A DNA stretch of 60,297 nt, filler included. It is 4 parts of 4 records of this genome, joined end to end, with 100 filler letters (N's around TTAATTAATTAA, not from the genome) between each part and the next. Parts side by side here need not be neighbours in the genome. Positions count along the whole stretch, not along the records: positions 1 to 9,862 come from SRR31156797_8906; positions 9,963 to 24,019 come from SRR31156797_8913; 2 more parts are not named here. One strand, given 5' to 3'. Made by a program: the position numbers and the translations under genes. The notes beneath the pieces are model-generated. The model saw nothing but the letters and a program-made list of their open reading frames with translations, was not told where the DNA came from and ran no database searches. Positions 8,641 to 17,978 of the stretch are shown here, piece by piece. The first letter of the stretch is position 1. Each line of letters begins with the position of its first letter.

Positions 8641-9862
8641 ATGAACATTTCACGGCGAGGGTTCATGAAACTTGCGGGCGTTGGTGTCGCAAGTATCGGT
8701 ATGAGCCAGCTGGGACTCGATCTTTCCCCTACGCAGGCTTATGCTGCCGGGTTGAAGATCAAGGGTGCGAAAGAAGTGATCTCCATCTGTCCGTTCTGTT
8801 CGGTCAGCTGTCACTTTATCGCCCATGTCAAAGACGGAAAGATTGTCAGCACTGAAGGTGACCCGGATTACCCGGTCAGTGAAGGTGCTCTCTGTGCTAA
8901 GGGTGCGGCTATGCTCGCCATGCATAACAGCCACCACCGCATTGAGAAACCCCTGTATCGTGCTCCTTACAGCGATAAATGGGAAGAAAAGAGCTGGGAT
9001 TTCGTGCTTGACCGCATTGCCCGGCGTGTGAAGGAAACACGTGATGCTGACTTCAAGCGGTTCAATGATAAGGGCCAGGAAGTCAACCGTGTAGAATCAA
9101 TTTTCCATCTTGGTACATCACAGATGGATAACGAGGAGTGTGCAGTCGTCCATCAGGGTGTACGCGGCCTCGGCCTGGTGCATTTTGATCACCAGGCACG
9201 TATCTGACACAGCGCAACAGTTGCGGCTCTGGCAGAGTCGTTCGGGCGCGGTGCGATGACCAACCATTGGTGCGATATTGAAAATGCGGACTCTATCCTG
9301 ATTATTGGTAGTAACGCAGCAGAGCACCATCCTATCTCCTTTAAATGGGTATTGCGGGCCAAGGACAAAGGCGCCTCGGTTATGCATGTTGACCCCAAAT
9401 TCTCCCGTACTTCCGCAAGGTGCGACTTCCACGTCCCCTTGAGATCGGGAACAGATATTCCCTTCATGGGCGGTATGATCAACTATGTTCTGGAGAACAA
9501 TTTGTTCTTCAAGGAATACGTTGCCAATTATACCAACGCTGCTTTCATCGTCGGTAAGGATTTCAAGTTCTCCAAAGGACTGTTCTCCGGTTACGATAAG
9601 AAAGCTCGTAAATACGACAAATCCAAATGGGCTTTTGAGCTTGATAAAGACGGCGTACCCAAGCGCGATGAATCCTTGAAGCATCCCCGCTGCGTATTCC
9701 AGCTGCTTAAGAAGCACTACTCCCGCTATTCCCTGTCCAACGTTTCCAAAACCACAGGTGTCTCCAAAGATAACCTGATGCGGGTTTATAAGGAATACTC
9801 TTCCACAGGTAAGAAAGATAAGTCCGGTACCATCATGTACGCTTTGGGCTGGACCCAGCATA
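8641..9862 (+). CDS. fdnG: Formate dehydrogenase alpha subunit, selenocysteine-containing, Tat-exported (3'-truncated by contig end)
   Basis: Tat signal SRRGFMK; CPFCSVSC...LCAKG 4Fe-4S motif; DHQARI-[TGA 9205-9207]-HSATVAALAESFGRGAMTNHW continues in frame. GAGGAGG RBS. Confidence 0.93.
9205..9241 (+). promoter_or_regulatory. Sec UGA codon and bacterial SECIS hairpin
   Basis: TGA at the conserved active-site position, followed after 15 nt by the stem-loop GCGGCTCT-GGC-AGAGTCGT (9223-9241). Confidence 0.8.
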
Positions 9863-9962
9863 NNNNNNNNNNNNNNNNNNNNNNNNNNNNNNNNNNNNNN
9901 NNNNNNTTAATTAATTAANNNNNNNNNNNNNNNNNNNNNNNNNNNNNNNNNNNNNNNNNNNN
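9863..9962. other. Artificial contig-joining spacer
   Basis: 44 N + TTAATTAATTAA (stops in all six frames) + 44 N. Confidence 0.97.
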
Positions 9963-10196
9963 GCTTTCGCACAAACTTTTTTAATCATTCCAGTAGGTAT
10001 ATTTTGATTAAATAAGTTTATGCTCATTTCATAGTTAAAGAATTAAAGTAAAGAAATACTTAAACGCAAAATTAAAACAGTTTTTCTTGAATAAAAGCAT
10101 TGAAGTACTTTATTTATTAATTTATAAACAATATAAATTATCAGTGTGGGAAAGTGGCACGATAATCTGTGATACGGGCTTTAATCAGCAGCGGGT

Positions 10197-11747
10197 TTAC
10201 TGGTTTCGGGTTGCATGTTTTTTGCTGAATTTTTTCAGGTACATCCAAAGTCCGGTGATGAGAATCAGGATCAGAGACAGTCCGGCCAGGGGAACGATCA
10301 GGATATAGAAATCACCAATTAAGGCTGCATAAATTCTGGCCGTATGAATTTCAAGGGCAAGGTTCCAGAGTGACATGGGTGTTGCATTTCTAACATGGTC
10401 AGGCATTTTAGCAAATTCCATTTCATGCTTCCAGGGCTTGCTGCCTTTCCCATAATCAAAATAGAACGGTTTTCCTTCAACATTCCATACCAGTCCTGAA
10501 ATCACATCGTCACCGATTGGTTTCCCTGCTTTGTATTCAGGTTTGTGCTTTTGTCCGGTGATTGCATTGGCGATAAATCCCTTTTCGGGAAACCAGGTAA
10601 ACATGCCGCTGAACGAACCCACCAGGAAACCTCCACCTTCGATGTATTCGAAAACATTGATGCCCATTACGCTTACGGGAGGTTCTACGTGGAAGGATTT
10701 TAGATTGCTTTGGAAATTGTCATCTGAATAGTAGAAACCTTCGGAGGTGCTCAGGATAATCCTGTTATTGGCAATATCATACATACCAGCCCTTAGTTTG
10801 TCGTGCCACACATTTTTATCATCCAGCATGGTGAAAGGGATATTGGCGACTCGCTTGCCTGCAATAGGAATAAGCAGCGGAGGACGTAGAAAAATCCCGG
10901 TAACCGAACTGATGAGCAGAAAGATGAAAAGAACATAACCCAACTTATTGTGCCATTTCAGCGACCATTTGAATCCGCGGATTTGCCGTTGGGCGGTTTG
11001 GTTTTTCTTTTTTCGTTTTTTAATGATGCCCGGGAACAGCCACAAAATAATGCCTGTTAAGGTTAGAAAAACCAGTGCTACAGCCATCAGGTCGGAAAAT
11101 AGTTTGCCCGCCATTCCGAGAATTTCACCACTGTGAATCACCCACAGTGTCCTGAAAAGACTTACTTTATTGTCGAAATTTGCTGGTTTGGGTAAAGGGA
11201 TTTCTTTCGTAAAAAACAGCGAATGGGCAAATTGCCCTTTTAGCAAATGCGACCGGGTGAGGACGTAGAGGGCGTCTCCGGCTTTAAACAAATCTGTGAT
11301 CCTTTCTTCATCCACCGGAAGGTTGGTTTTTAACCAAACCCCGGATTGGTATTGATAAAGCCCGAATAATGTACCCGCAAATAAACTTCCATCGCCCGTT
11401 CTTACCACCTTGCTGATTTTCCGGTTATCGATACCATCAGGAAAGCCGGTGTTGAAATCCCTCCAGTTTGAGAAATCGTCATCCGTAATCCATGCACCGA
11501 TGTTTCCGTAAACCAATACAGAATCTTTACCCAGGGAAACGTTTCCGCGAATGGCAGCAAGGTTCCAGTTGTTGTACCGGTAATCAGCCGGCAGGAAATT
11601 TCTGGGAATATCAATGCCTGAAAAAATTTCGCGATGATTCAGCACAACTCCGGATGCTGCAAATCCAATAATGAACACGGCGAGGATGATGCCAAACCAT
11701 TTATGGAGTTTTTTGAGGCGTTTGTATGTTTTGGGTTTTCGTTTCAG
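10197..11747 (-). CDS. PepSY-associated TM-helix domain membrane protein
   Basis: Repeated heme-type His motifs LHKWFG, IHSGEI, WHNKLG and IHTARI. The frame extends upstream of the called GTG (11678) to a CTG at 11747. Confidence 0.8.
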   Translation of the reverse strand: MKRKPKTYKRLKKLHKWFGIILAVFIIGFAASGVVLNHREIFSGIDIPRNFLPADYRYNNWNLAAIRGNVSLGKDSVLVYGNIGAWITDDDFSNWRDFNTGFPDGIDNRKISKVVRTGDGSLFAGTLFGLYQYQSGVWLKTNLPVDEERITDLFKAGDALYVLTRSHLLKGQFAHSLFFTKEIPLPKPANFDNKVSLFRTLWVIHSGEILGMAGKLFSDLMAVALVFLTLTGIILWLFPGIIKKRKKKNQTAQRQIRGFKWSLKWHNKLGYVLFIFLLISSVTGIFLRPPLLIPIAGKRVANIPFTMLDDKNVWHDKLRAGMYDIANNRIILSTSEGFYYSDDNFQSNLKSFHVEPPVSVMGINVFEYIEGGGFLVGSFSGMFTWFPEKGFIANAITGQKHKPEYKAGKPIGDDVISGLVWNVEGKPFYFDYGKGSKPWKHEMEFAKMPDHVRNATPMSLWNLALEIHTARIYAALIGDFYILIVPLAGLSLILILITGLWMYLKKFSKKHATRNQ

Positions 11748-11760
11748 GGTTTTAGCGTTA

Positions 11761-12110
11761 TTGGGTTATATAGTTAATAGTTAATGAGTTATTTGGTTAC
11801 TGAGTTATTTGTTCTCGCTTTGCTCGAACGTAATTTGCTTCACTTCGGTCTGCGTAATTTATCCTCGCTTCGCTCGGATGTCATTGGCCACGCTACGCTC
11901 GGTCTAATAGGGTGTTAATTGCTTCATGTCGTTCGTAGTCATTATAGCACAATGTGTTCCACTTTATTTGAAGTTATTATTTATTTTTCATGGATATCTC
12001 TACACTTTGCGCCATGCTACTCAAGCTTCCAACAGCTTGTCAATTTTCAACCCCAACCTTCCAACCTTCCAACCTTCCAATACTCCACCCTTCCAACACC
12101 TCAACCTGCT
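11761..12110. repeat. Patchwork of short tandem repeats and CTCGCTTCGCTCG-type motifs
   Basis: GTTA-based 7-8-mers (11761-11813), several CTCGCTT(T/C)GCTCG-like motifs (11814-11940) and tandem CCAACCTT units (about 12053-12100). Confidence 0.6.
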
Positions 12111-12145
12111 AAAAACGCTCATCTCTCCCAACTCCAAACTCATCT

Positions 12146-12457
12146 CTACTTAACCATCACCAACAGCATCTTAAACTTTTCAACAGCCTTCAGGGCATGT
12201 GGGATATTGGCCGGCATAATAATGCTTTCGCCTTTCTGGAGAATGTGCGGCTTTTTGTCGATTGTGATTTCGGCTTTACCATCAATGATGTTAACCATAG
12301 CGTTGAAAGGTGCCGAGTGTTCGCTGAGTCCCTGGTCTTTGTCGAAAGCAAAAAGTGTGATGTTTCCTGAATCCTTCTTTTCGATGGTTTTACTGACTAC
12401 TGATCCTGAAGCATATTCAACAGCGTCTGTGAGGTTAAATTTTTCGGAATGGTTCAT
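12146..12457 (-). CDS. Cupin domain protein
   Basis: ITLFAFDKDQGLSEHSAP...GESIIMPANIPHAL cupin motifs. Confidence 0.88.
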   Translation of the reverse strand: MNHSEKFNLTDAVEYASGSVVSKTIEKKDSGNITLFAFDKDQGLSEHSAPFNAMVNIIDGKAEITIDKKPHILQKGESIIMPANIPHALKAVEKFKMLLVMVK

Positions 12458-12479
12458 TGTTCGATTGATTTTTAATGGC

Positions 12480-12516
12480 AAAAAAATCCCCCGGGAATTT
12501 CCCGGAGGAGGGTTTT
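12480..12516 (-). terminator. Hairpin/terminator between hcp and the cupin gene
   Basis: CCGGGAA/TTCCCGG stem with an A tract on the + strand (U tract on the - strand). Confidence 0.55.
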
Positions 12517-12532
12517 AAAATTTAAAACAAGT

Positions 12533-14185
12533 TTAGTTGAGGAAAATTTTCATGTCTTCATCCACGGATTTGATGCCCTGGATACCGAATTTGTCCACCA
12601 GCACATTGGCCACGTTTGGCGACAGGAATGCCGGCAGGGTGGGGCCGAGGTGAATGTTCTTCACGCCCAGATAAAGCAGCGCCAACAGCACGATCACGGC
12701 TTTTTGCTCATACCACGCGATGTTGTAGGCAATTGGGAGTTCGTTGATGTCGTTGAGCTCAAAAACTTCTTTCAGCTTCAGTGCGATAACGGCGAGCGAA
12801 TAGGAGTCGTTACACTGGCCTGCATCCAGAACACGTGGAATGCCTCCGATGTCGCCCAAAGACAATTTGTTGTAGCGGTACTTGGCACAGCCTGCTGTAA
12901 GGATAACGGTATCACTCGGGAGCTTTTCGGCAAACTCGGTGTAGTAATTCCGGTCTTTCATGCGGCCATCGCATCCGGCCATCACAAAAAATTTGCGGAT
13001 GGCGCCTGACTTTACGGCATCCACCACTTTATCGGCCAACTGAAGCACCTGGTTGTGAGCAAATCCTCCAACGATTTCGCCGGTTTCGATTTCCTGCGGA
13101 GGTGCACATTTTTTGGCATGTTCGATGATGATTGAAAAATCTTTCATACTGCCGTTGTTCCTGTCCGGGATGTGTTTGAAACCAGGATACCCTGCTGCCC
13201 CTGTTGTATAAACCCGGTCGCTGTAGCTGTTGCTCTTTTTGGGCGGTACAATGCAGTTTGTGGTAAACAACATCGGTCCGTTGAAAGATTCAAATTCGGG
13301 ATTTTGGTTCCACCATGAGCTGCCATAGTTTCCAACAAAGTGCTTATATTTTTTGAATTCAGGATAGTAGTGTGCCGGCAGCATTTCGCTGTGGGTGTAA
13401 ACATCCACGCCGGTTCCTTCTGTTTGTTTAAGCAGGTCTTCCATATCTCTCAGGTCATGTCCTGAGATGAGGATACCGGGTTTATCGCTAACACCGATGT
13501 TGACTTTTGAGATTTCAGGATTACCATAACGTGATGTGTTTGCTTTGTCGAGCAGGGCCATGGCCTCCACACCATACTTCCCGGTTTCTATGGTTAGCGC
13601 AACCAGTTCATCTGCGCCAAGTGAATCGTTGGTAGTTGATGCCAGGGCGCGTTGCATAAAGGCATACAGTTCCGGATTTTCTTCGTCCAGGTTGTAGGCG
13701 TGCTCGGTGTAGGCGGCAAGGCCTTTTACACCGTAAGTTATCAATTCGCGGAGTGAACGCACGTCTTCATTTTCTGTGGCCAACACCCCTACTTTGAGGC
13801 TCTTTTCATCAAACTCCTCTTCGGTATCAGCAAACCAGATTGCAGAGTCGTGAAGATCAGCGGGTAGTTCAACATCGAGGTTTTCGGCTGCATTTTTCAT
13901 GCGTTCGCGAAGTTCCAGCCCTTTTTTAACCCTTTTGATAAACACCTGCCTATCGAAGTTGGCATTGGTGATGGTGGCAAACAATCCATCGAAAACGAAT
14001 TTGTTCACTTCAGCATCTTCAAAGCCCTTTTTGCGTGCGGCAGTGCTGTAAATGGAAATTCCTTTCAGCACAAACATCAGCAAGTCCTGCATGTTGGCTA
14101 CGTTACTTTTTTTGCCGCAAACTCCGGCAATGGTGCAGCCTGTTCCTTTGGCCGCTTCCTGACATTGAAAACAAAACATGTTCAT
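12533..14185 (-). CDS. hcp: Hybrid cluster protein (hydroxylamine/NO reductase)
   Basis: MFCFQCQE...GCT..GVCGK N-terminal cluster; [33 protein letters not shown] and AWYEQKA. Confidence 0.97.
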   Translation of the reverse strand: MNMFCFQCQEAAKGTGCTIAGVCGKKSNVANMQDLLMFVLKGISIYSTAARKKGFEDAEVNKFVFDGLFATITNANFDRQVFIKRVKKGLELRERMKNAAENLDVELPADLHDSAIWFADTEEEFDEKSLKVGVLATENEDVRSLRELITYGVKGLAAYTEHAYNLDEENPELYAFMQRALASTTNDSLGADELVALTIETGKYGVEAMALLDKANTSRYGNPEISKVNIGVSDKPGILISGHDLRDMEDLLKQTEGTGVDVYTHSEMLPAHYYPEFKKYKHFVGNYGSSWWNQNPEFESFNGPMLFTTNCIVPPKKSNSYSDRVYTTGAAGYPGFKHIPDRNNGSMKDFSIIIEHAKKCAPPQEIETGEIVGGFAHNQVLQLADKVVDAVKSGAIRKFFVMAGCDGRMKDRNYYTEFAEKLPSDTVILTAGCAKYRYNKLSLGDIGGIPRVLDAGQCNDSYSLAVIALKLKEVFELNDINELPIAYNIAWYEQKAVIVLLALLYLGVKNIHLGPTLPAFLSPNVANVLVDKFGIQGIKSVDEDMKIFLN

Positions 14186-14194
14186 TTTAGAAAA

Positions 14195-14540
14195 AAAGTT
14201 ATTCGTTATTAAGTTAATCGTTATTTGTTAATCGTTATTCGTTATTCTTAACTGGTAATTAGTAATTGGTAATTAGTAATTCGTAACTCCCAACTCACCT
14301 ACAACCTCTAATTTCTACCTTCTACCTTCTCAATCGTTATTTGCTTTGCCCTCCGAAGCCTTGGCGAAGGAGAGGTCATTGTGTTGTCTTTCGCTTTGCT
14401 CTATGCTCTAGGCGTTATGCACTTCGCGCTATGCAACCAAATCTTCTCATTTTCCCCTCTCAATCGTCCAACACTCCATCGCCCCAAATCTCAAACTTCT
14501 CATTACCAACTCACTACTCAAAACTCACAGCTCAGAACTG
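14195..14540. repeat. Patchwork of heptamer tandem repeats plus a REP-like hairpin
   Basis: Runs of GTTATTC/GTTAATC, GTAATT(A/G), TTCTACC, GCT(T/A)TGC and CTCA(C/A)AA; hairpin CCTCCGAAGCCTTGGCGAAGGAGAGG at about 14350-14375. Confidence 0.6.
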
Positions 14541-15443
14541 CTAAATCCAATCCTCACTCAAAACTTCTCCCGTATGGCCTACAACTGCTTGTTTTACGGG
14601 TACTTTTCGTGATGCATGTGCAATGGCTGTTTTTACGAGTTGGGTCAATCCACCACAGCATGGAACCTGCATCCTCACCACCGTGAAGGAATTTATTTTG
14701 GCATCATCAATCATGGAAATGAGTTTTTGCAGATATGCATCCTGTCCTGAATCCAGTTTGGGGCAGGCTATTGCCAAAGCTTTGCCTTTGAGGAACCGAT
14801 TATGAAAATTGCCCATGGCAAAAGCGGCACAATCAGCGGCAATTACCACATCGGCATTGAGAAAATAAGGAGCCATCGGGTTGAGCAGGTGCAGCTGAAC
14901 CGGCCATTGCCTAAGTTCTGATGGAGCATCGGCCGATTCATTTTCATTGGCTGAATCCTCTACTTTATCCATATCGATATCAAAAACCATGGGCGCAGAT
15001 CCCGGGCAACCACCTCCGCATCCTGAAGGTGTTGCAGCAGCCATTTCCTGTTCAACAATTTCCTTTGTTTCAATTTCATCATTGTCTTTGGTCACATCAA
15101 GATCAATGTTATGCTTTTTGATATAGGCAATGGCCTCATTCAGGAACTCATCCGCGCCATGTGATTTCAGATGATGCAGGTGTGCCAGAACAGTATTTTT
15201 CCCTTTTTTCACCATTTGTTCCATCACCAGGGTTTCGTTGTAAGGTTCTGCCTCACGTTCTTCAATGGTAATGGCTTCTTCAGGGCAATGGCCAATACAA
15301 GCGCCAAGCCCGTCACAAAAAAGGTCGCTGATAAGTCTGGCTTTTCCATCAATAATTTGCAGTGCGCCTTCATGGCAATTGGGTACGCATAAGCCACAGC
15401 CCGTGCATAAATCCTCGTCTATTTTTATGATTTGTCTTTTCAT
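14541..15443 (-). CDS. 2x[4Fe-4S] ferredoxin-domain iron-sulfur protein
   Basis: CTGCGLCVPNCHE and FCDGLGACIGHCP; C-terminal QWPVQL, AADC, ACPKLD and VPCCGG. Confidence 0.88.
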   Translation of the reverse strand: MKRQIIKIDEDLCTGCGLCVPNCHEGALQIIDGKARLISDLFCDGLGACIGHCPEEAITIEEREAEPYNETLVMEQMVKKGKNTVLAHLHHLKSHGADEFLNEAIAYIKKHNIDLDVTKDNDEIETKEIVEQEMAAATPSGCGGGCPGSAPMVFDIDMDKVEDSANENESADAPSELRQWPVQLHLLNPMAPYFLNADVVIAADCAAFAMGNFHNRFLKGKALAIACPKLDSGQDAYLQKLISMIDDAKINSFTVVRMQVPCCGGLTQLVKTAIAHASRKVPVKQAVVGHTGEVLSEDWI

Positions 15444-15456
15444 TGGTTTAAAATTA

Positions 15457-15855
15457 TTAATTGATGTCTGAAATAGTTCTTTTGGAATAATAGGTTTTAA
15501 ATTCTTTATACAATTCTTGCCTGATGTCGCCGTACACACATTCCTTAAAAGGACAAATACCTTCAGACCCGCGACAGTGAAATATCTCCAGATTACCGTC
15601 GATAAATTGCATGATATCAAAAATGGAGATAGATCCGGGAGGTTTTAAAAGCACAAACCCACCTTTTGGCCCACGTGTGGAAGAGATCAATTTTGCTTTG
15701 GATAGCATTTGAAGTACTTTGGACACATGATTTCGTGAGAAGCCCATTTCTGAAGCAATTTCTGTTGCGCTCATGTTTTTGCTACTTCCAGCGATCAGTG
15801 CCAGGCTATGGATGGCGATATTTGCAGCTTCCGATATGTTGAATAAATTATTCAT
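15457..15855 (-). CDS. Rrf2-family transcriptional regulator (3 Cys)
   Basis: STRGPKGGFVL wing motif; C-x6-C-x4-C. Confidence 0.9.
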   Translation of the reverse strand: MNNLFNISEAANIAIHSLALIAGSSKNMSATEIASEMGFSRNHVSKVLQMLSKAKLISSTRGPKGGFVLLKPPGSISIFDIMQFIDGNLEIFHCRGSEGICPFKECVYGDIRQELYKEFKTYYSKRTISDIN

Positions 15856-16294
15856 TAAGGTAATTAGGTAAACGAATGCGCAAATATAAAATCATTTCAT
15901 TCAAATGGAAAAGTTTTCTGGATTACAAAATTGATCTGAAAAAATTAACTGTCAGAAAATGAGGTTAAAGTGGAATTAATTTATTTGGATTCTAAATGAC
16001 TGAAATTGGATGGGTAATGGGTTAATGGTTATTTGTGTAATCGTAAATCGGGAAATTCTGTATCGAGATTCCGGAAATAATATGGTCAGCCAAGAAGTAT
16101 TAGGATAAGAATACATGCTACGAAATGAGGTTTTGCCTGACCTCAATAGTAGGCTGGACGTTCACCTCTGAAATTGCATAGAAGCGATGCAGTATTGACA
16201 ATATGCTTTTGAAAAATGATATTTTAGCTACAAAAGGCAAAACTGTTTTCCGATACACAATCAACTTTTAACAGAATAGCAGATAACTATTCCC

Positions 16295-17338
16295 TCACTC
16301 CTTCACATCGGGATTCACCCACAAAAAACTATACCAGTACCAGCTTTTGCCATCATTTGAGGGGGCGGTGAGCGTGTAAAGTGTACGGCGATTTTGAAGT
16401 TTTCGGTTGGATTGCAGGAGAGTGGTATTGAATTCATCTCCTGATTTGTTTGCCCTGATTGGCATTTTATCGCCCTCCACAAAAAACTGGGCTGCATCCA
16501 GGTTTAACGATTGTGATTTTGGAATTTTTATTTCAAGCGTTGGTGGGTTTTCACTGTAAAATGGGCCAACGGGATTTGTTCCTTTAACGCTGAGGGCATG
16601 CATTTGTATTTTGTTTTTAAATCCGTTCATTGTGGCAAACACACCGCCCATTGGGAACCTGGGTATAGCAAATGCATTTGAAGATTCACAAAACACTCCT
16701 GATTTTTGAACTGCAGCAGCTTCATAACCATTGCTGTTTAACATGTCTTCCATCGCTTTATTCCACTCACCATAAGGGTAGGCGTATATTTTTGGTGTTT
16801 CACCAAGTTCTCTTCTGAATATTTCTGTTGAAAGTTTAAGATCATTTTCAAAAATGGAGGCAAAGGATACCCAGGGGTGATTTAAAAAATGGTCGTGTGT
16901 GGCTGAATGGTTTCCAATCTCTATGCCTGCCTCCCGGATTTTCCTGATCTGGTCCCATGTCATAAAATCATTTCCACCCACAGTTTCAGTCTGGATAAAA
17001 ATGGTAGCCGGGAATCCGTATTTTTTAAGCAGGGGCCAGCCATTCTCATAAAAACAAAGGTATCCGTCGTCGATGGTTAAAACAGCCGTGTTTTCATTGA
17101 ATTGTTCTCCGGCTTTCCATTTTTCCACTGCCTGGCCAAAAGTCAACACCTCATAATTGTTGTCCATGAGGTATTTTAACTGATCTTCAAAAACATCGGA
17201 TTTAATATTGGTGCTGGGGTACCTTTCATCTCCAAACCGGTGATAGGCAAAAATGGGGATATCAAATTCAACAGGCTGGTTTTGACAGGATTGCTGTATA
17301 AGGCTTAAAATGAAAAGGATTGTGAAAAATTTCCGCAT
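16295..17338 (-). CDS. Polysaccharide deacetylase (CE4) lipoprotein
   Basis: YHRF, LTIDDG, IGNHSATH and AYPYG motifs; lipobox-like QQSC. Confidence 0.88.
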   Translation of the reverse strand: MRKFFTILFILSLIQQSCQNQPVEFDIPIFAYHRFGDERYPSTNIKSDVFEDQLKYLMDNNYEVLTFGQAVEKWKAGEQFNENTAVLTIDDGYLCFYENGWPLLKKYGFPATIFIQTETVGGNDFMTWDQIRKIREAGIEIGNHSATHDHFLNHPWVSFASIFENDLKLSTEIFRRELGETPKIYAYPYGEWNKAMEDMLNSNGYEAAAVQKSGVFCESSNAFAIPRFPMGGVFATMNGFKNKIQMHALSVKGTNPVGPFYSENPPTLEIKIPKSQSLNLDAAQFFVEGDKMPIRANKSGDEFNTTLLQSNRKLQNRRTLYTLTAPSNDGKSWYWYSFLWVNPDVKE

Positions 17339-17364
17339 ATGCGGATAACGCTTAATGAATTGGA

Positions 17365-17766
17365 TTATTTGAGGTAGTCAACAAGTTTTTGACTCATCAT
17401 ATAATCTTTGAAATTCTGGGTCATGTCGCCAACAACATTGCTGAGGATACATTTCTCGAAAGGACAAATCAGGTTATCCATGGGGCATTTGGTAATTTCG
17501 ATTTTACCTTCGATGGATTCATAAATTTCGAGCAGGTTGATCTCCTCAGCAGGTTTTTTCAATTCGAAACCTCCATGAGGCCCCCGGTTCGATACCAAGA
17601 AATCGTCTTTTACAAGACGCTGTAAAACCTTGGCAACGTGATGTTTTGATGATCCAGTTCGTTCGGCAATTTTTACAACATTGAGTTTTACATCGGATTT
17701 GGCAATGAGTACCATACTGTGAATGGCAATGGAGCCGGCTTCGGAAAGCGAAAAAATCTTCGACAT
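17365..17766 (-). CDS. Rrf2-family transcriptional regulator (3 Cys)
   Basis: SNRGPHGGFEL; C-x6-C-x4-C; paralog of 15457-15855. Confidence 0.9.
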   Translation of the reverse strand: MSKIFSLSEAGSIAIHSMVLIAKSDVKLNVVKIAERTGSSKHHVAKVLQRLVKDDFLVSNRGPHGGFELKKPAEEINLLEIYESIEGKIEITKCPMDNLICPFEKCILSNVVGDMTQNFKDYMMSQKLVDYLK

Positions 17767-17978
17767 GTTTTGATTGATTGTTAGCCCAAAAGATTTGAAA
17801 CCGAACAAAATTATATTTATTATCGGATATTCGGTATTTAATAGCTAATTTATAATTATTCTACTCATATCGCTAATTTTAATATGATAAGCAATTTAAA
17901 ATCAACATGCTATGGAATATTTTGGGTTTGCAAACGGTGTTATCAGCGTTGAGATGTTTTTAGGTTTCGCACAATCGA

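Noticed and set aside
8641..9918. Two separate genes or an fdh pseudogene
   Set aside because: It is a single frame with a Sec TGA and SECIS; the second ORF runs into the artificial spacer.
9907..9918. TTAATTAATTAA as a biological motif
   Set aside because: It is identical in all three N-flanked spacers and is a synthetic all-frame stop linker.
9963..10027. Possible 5' start of a minus-strand gene at the contig edge (MSINLFNQNIPTGMIKKVCAK...)
   Set aside because: Too short to support a call.
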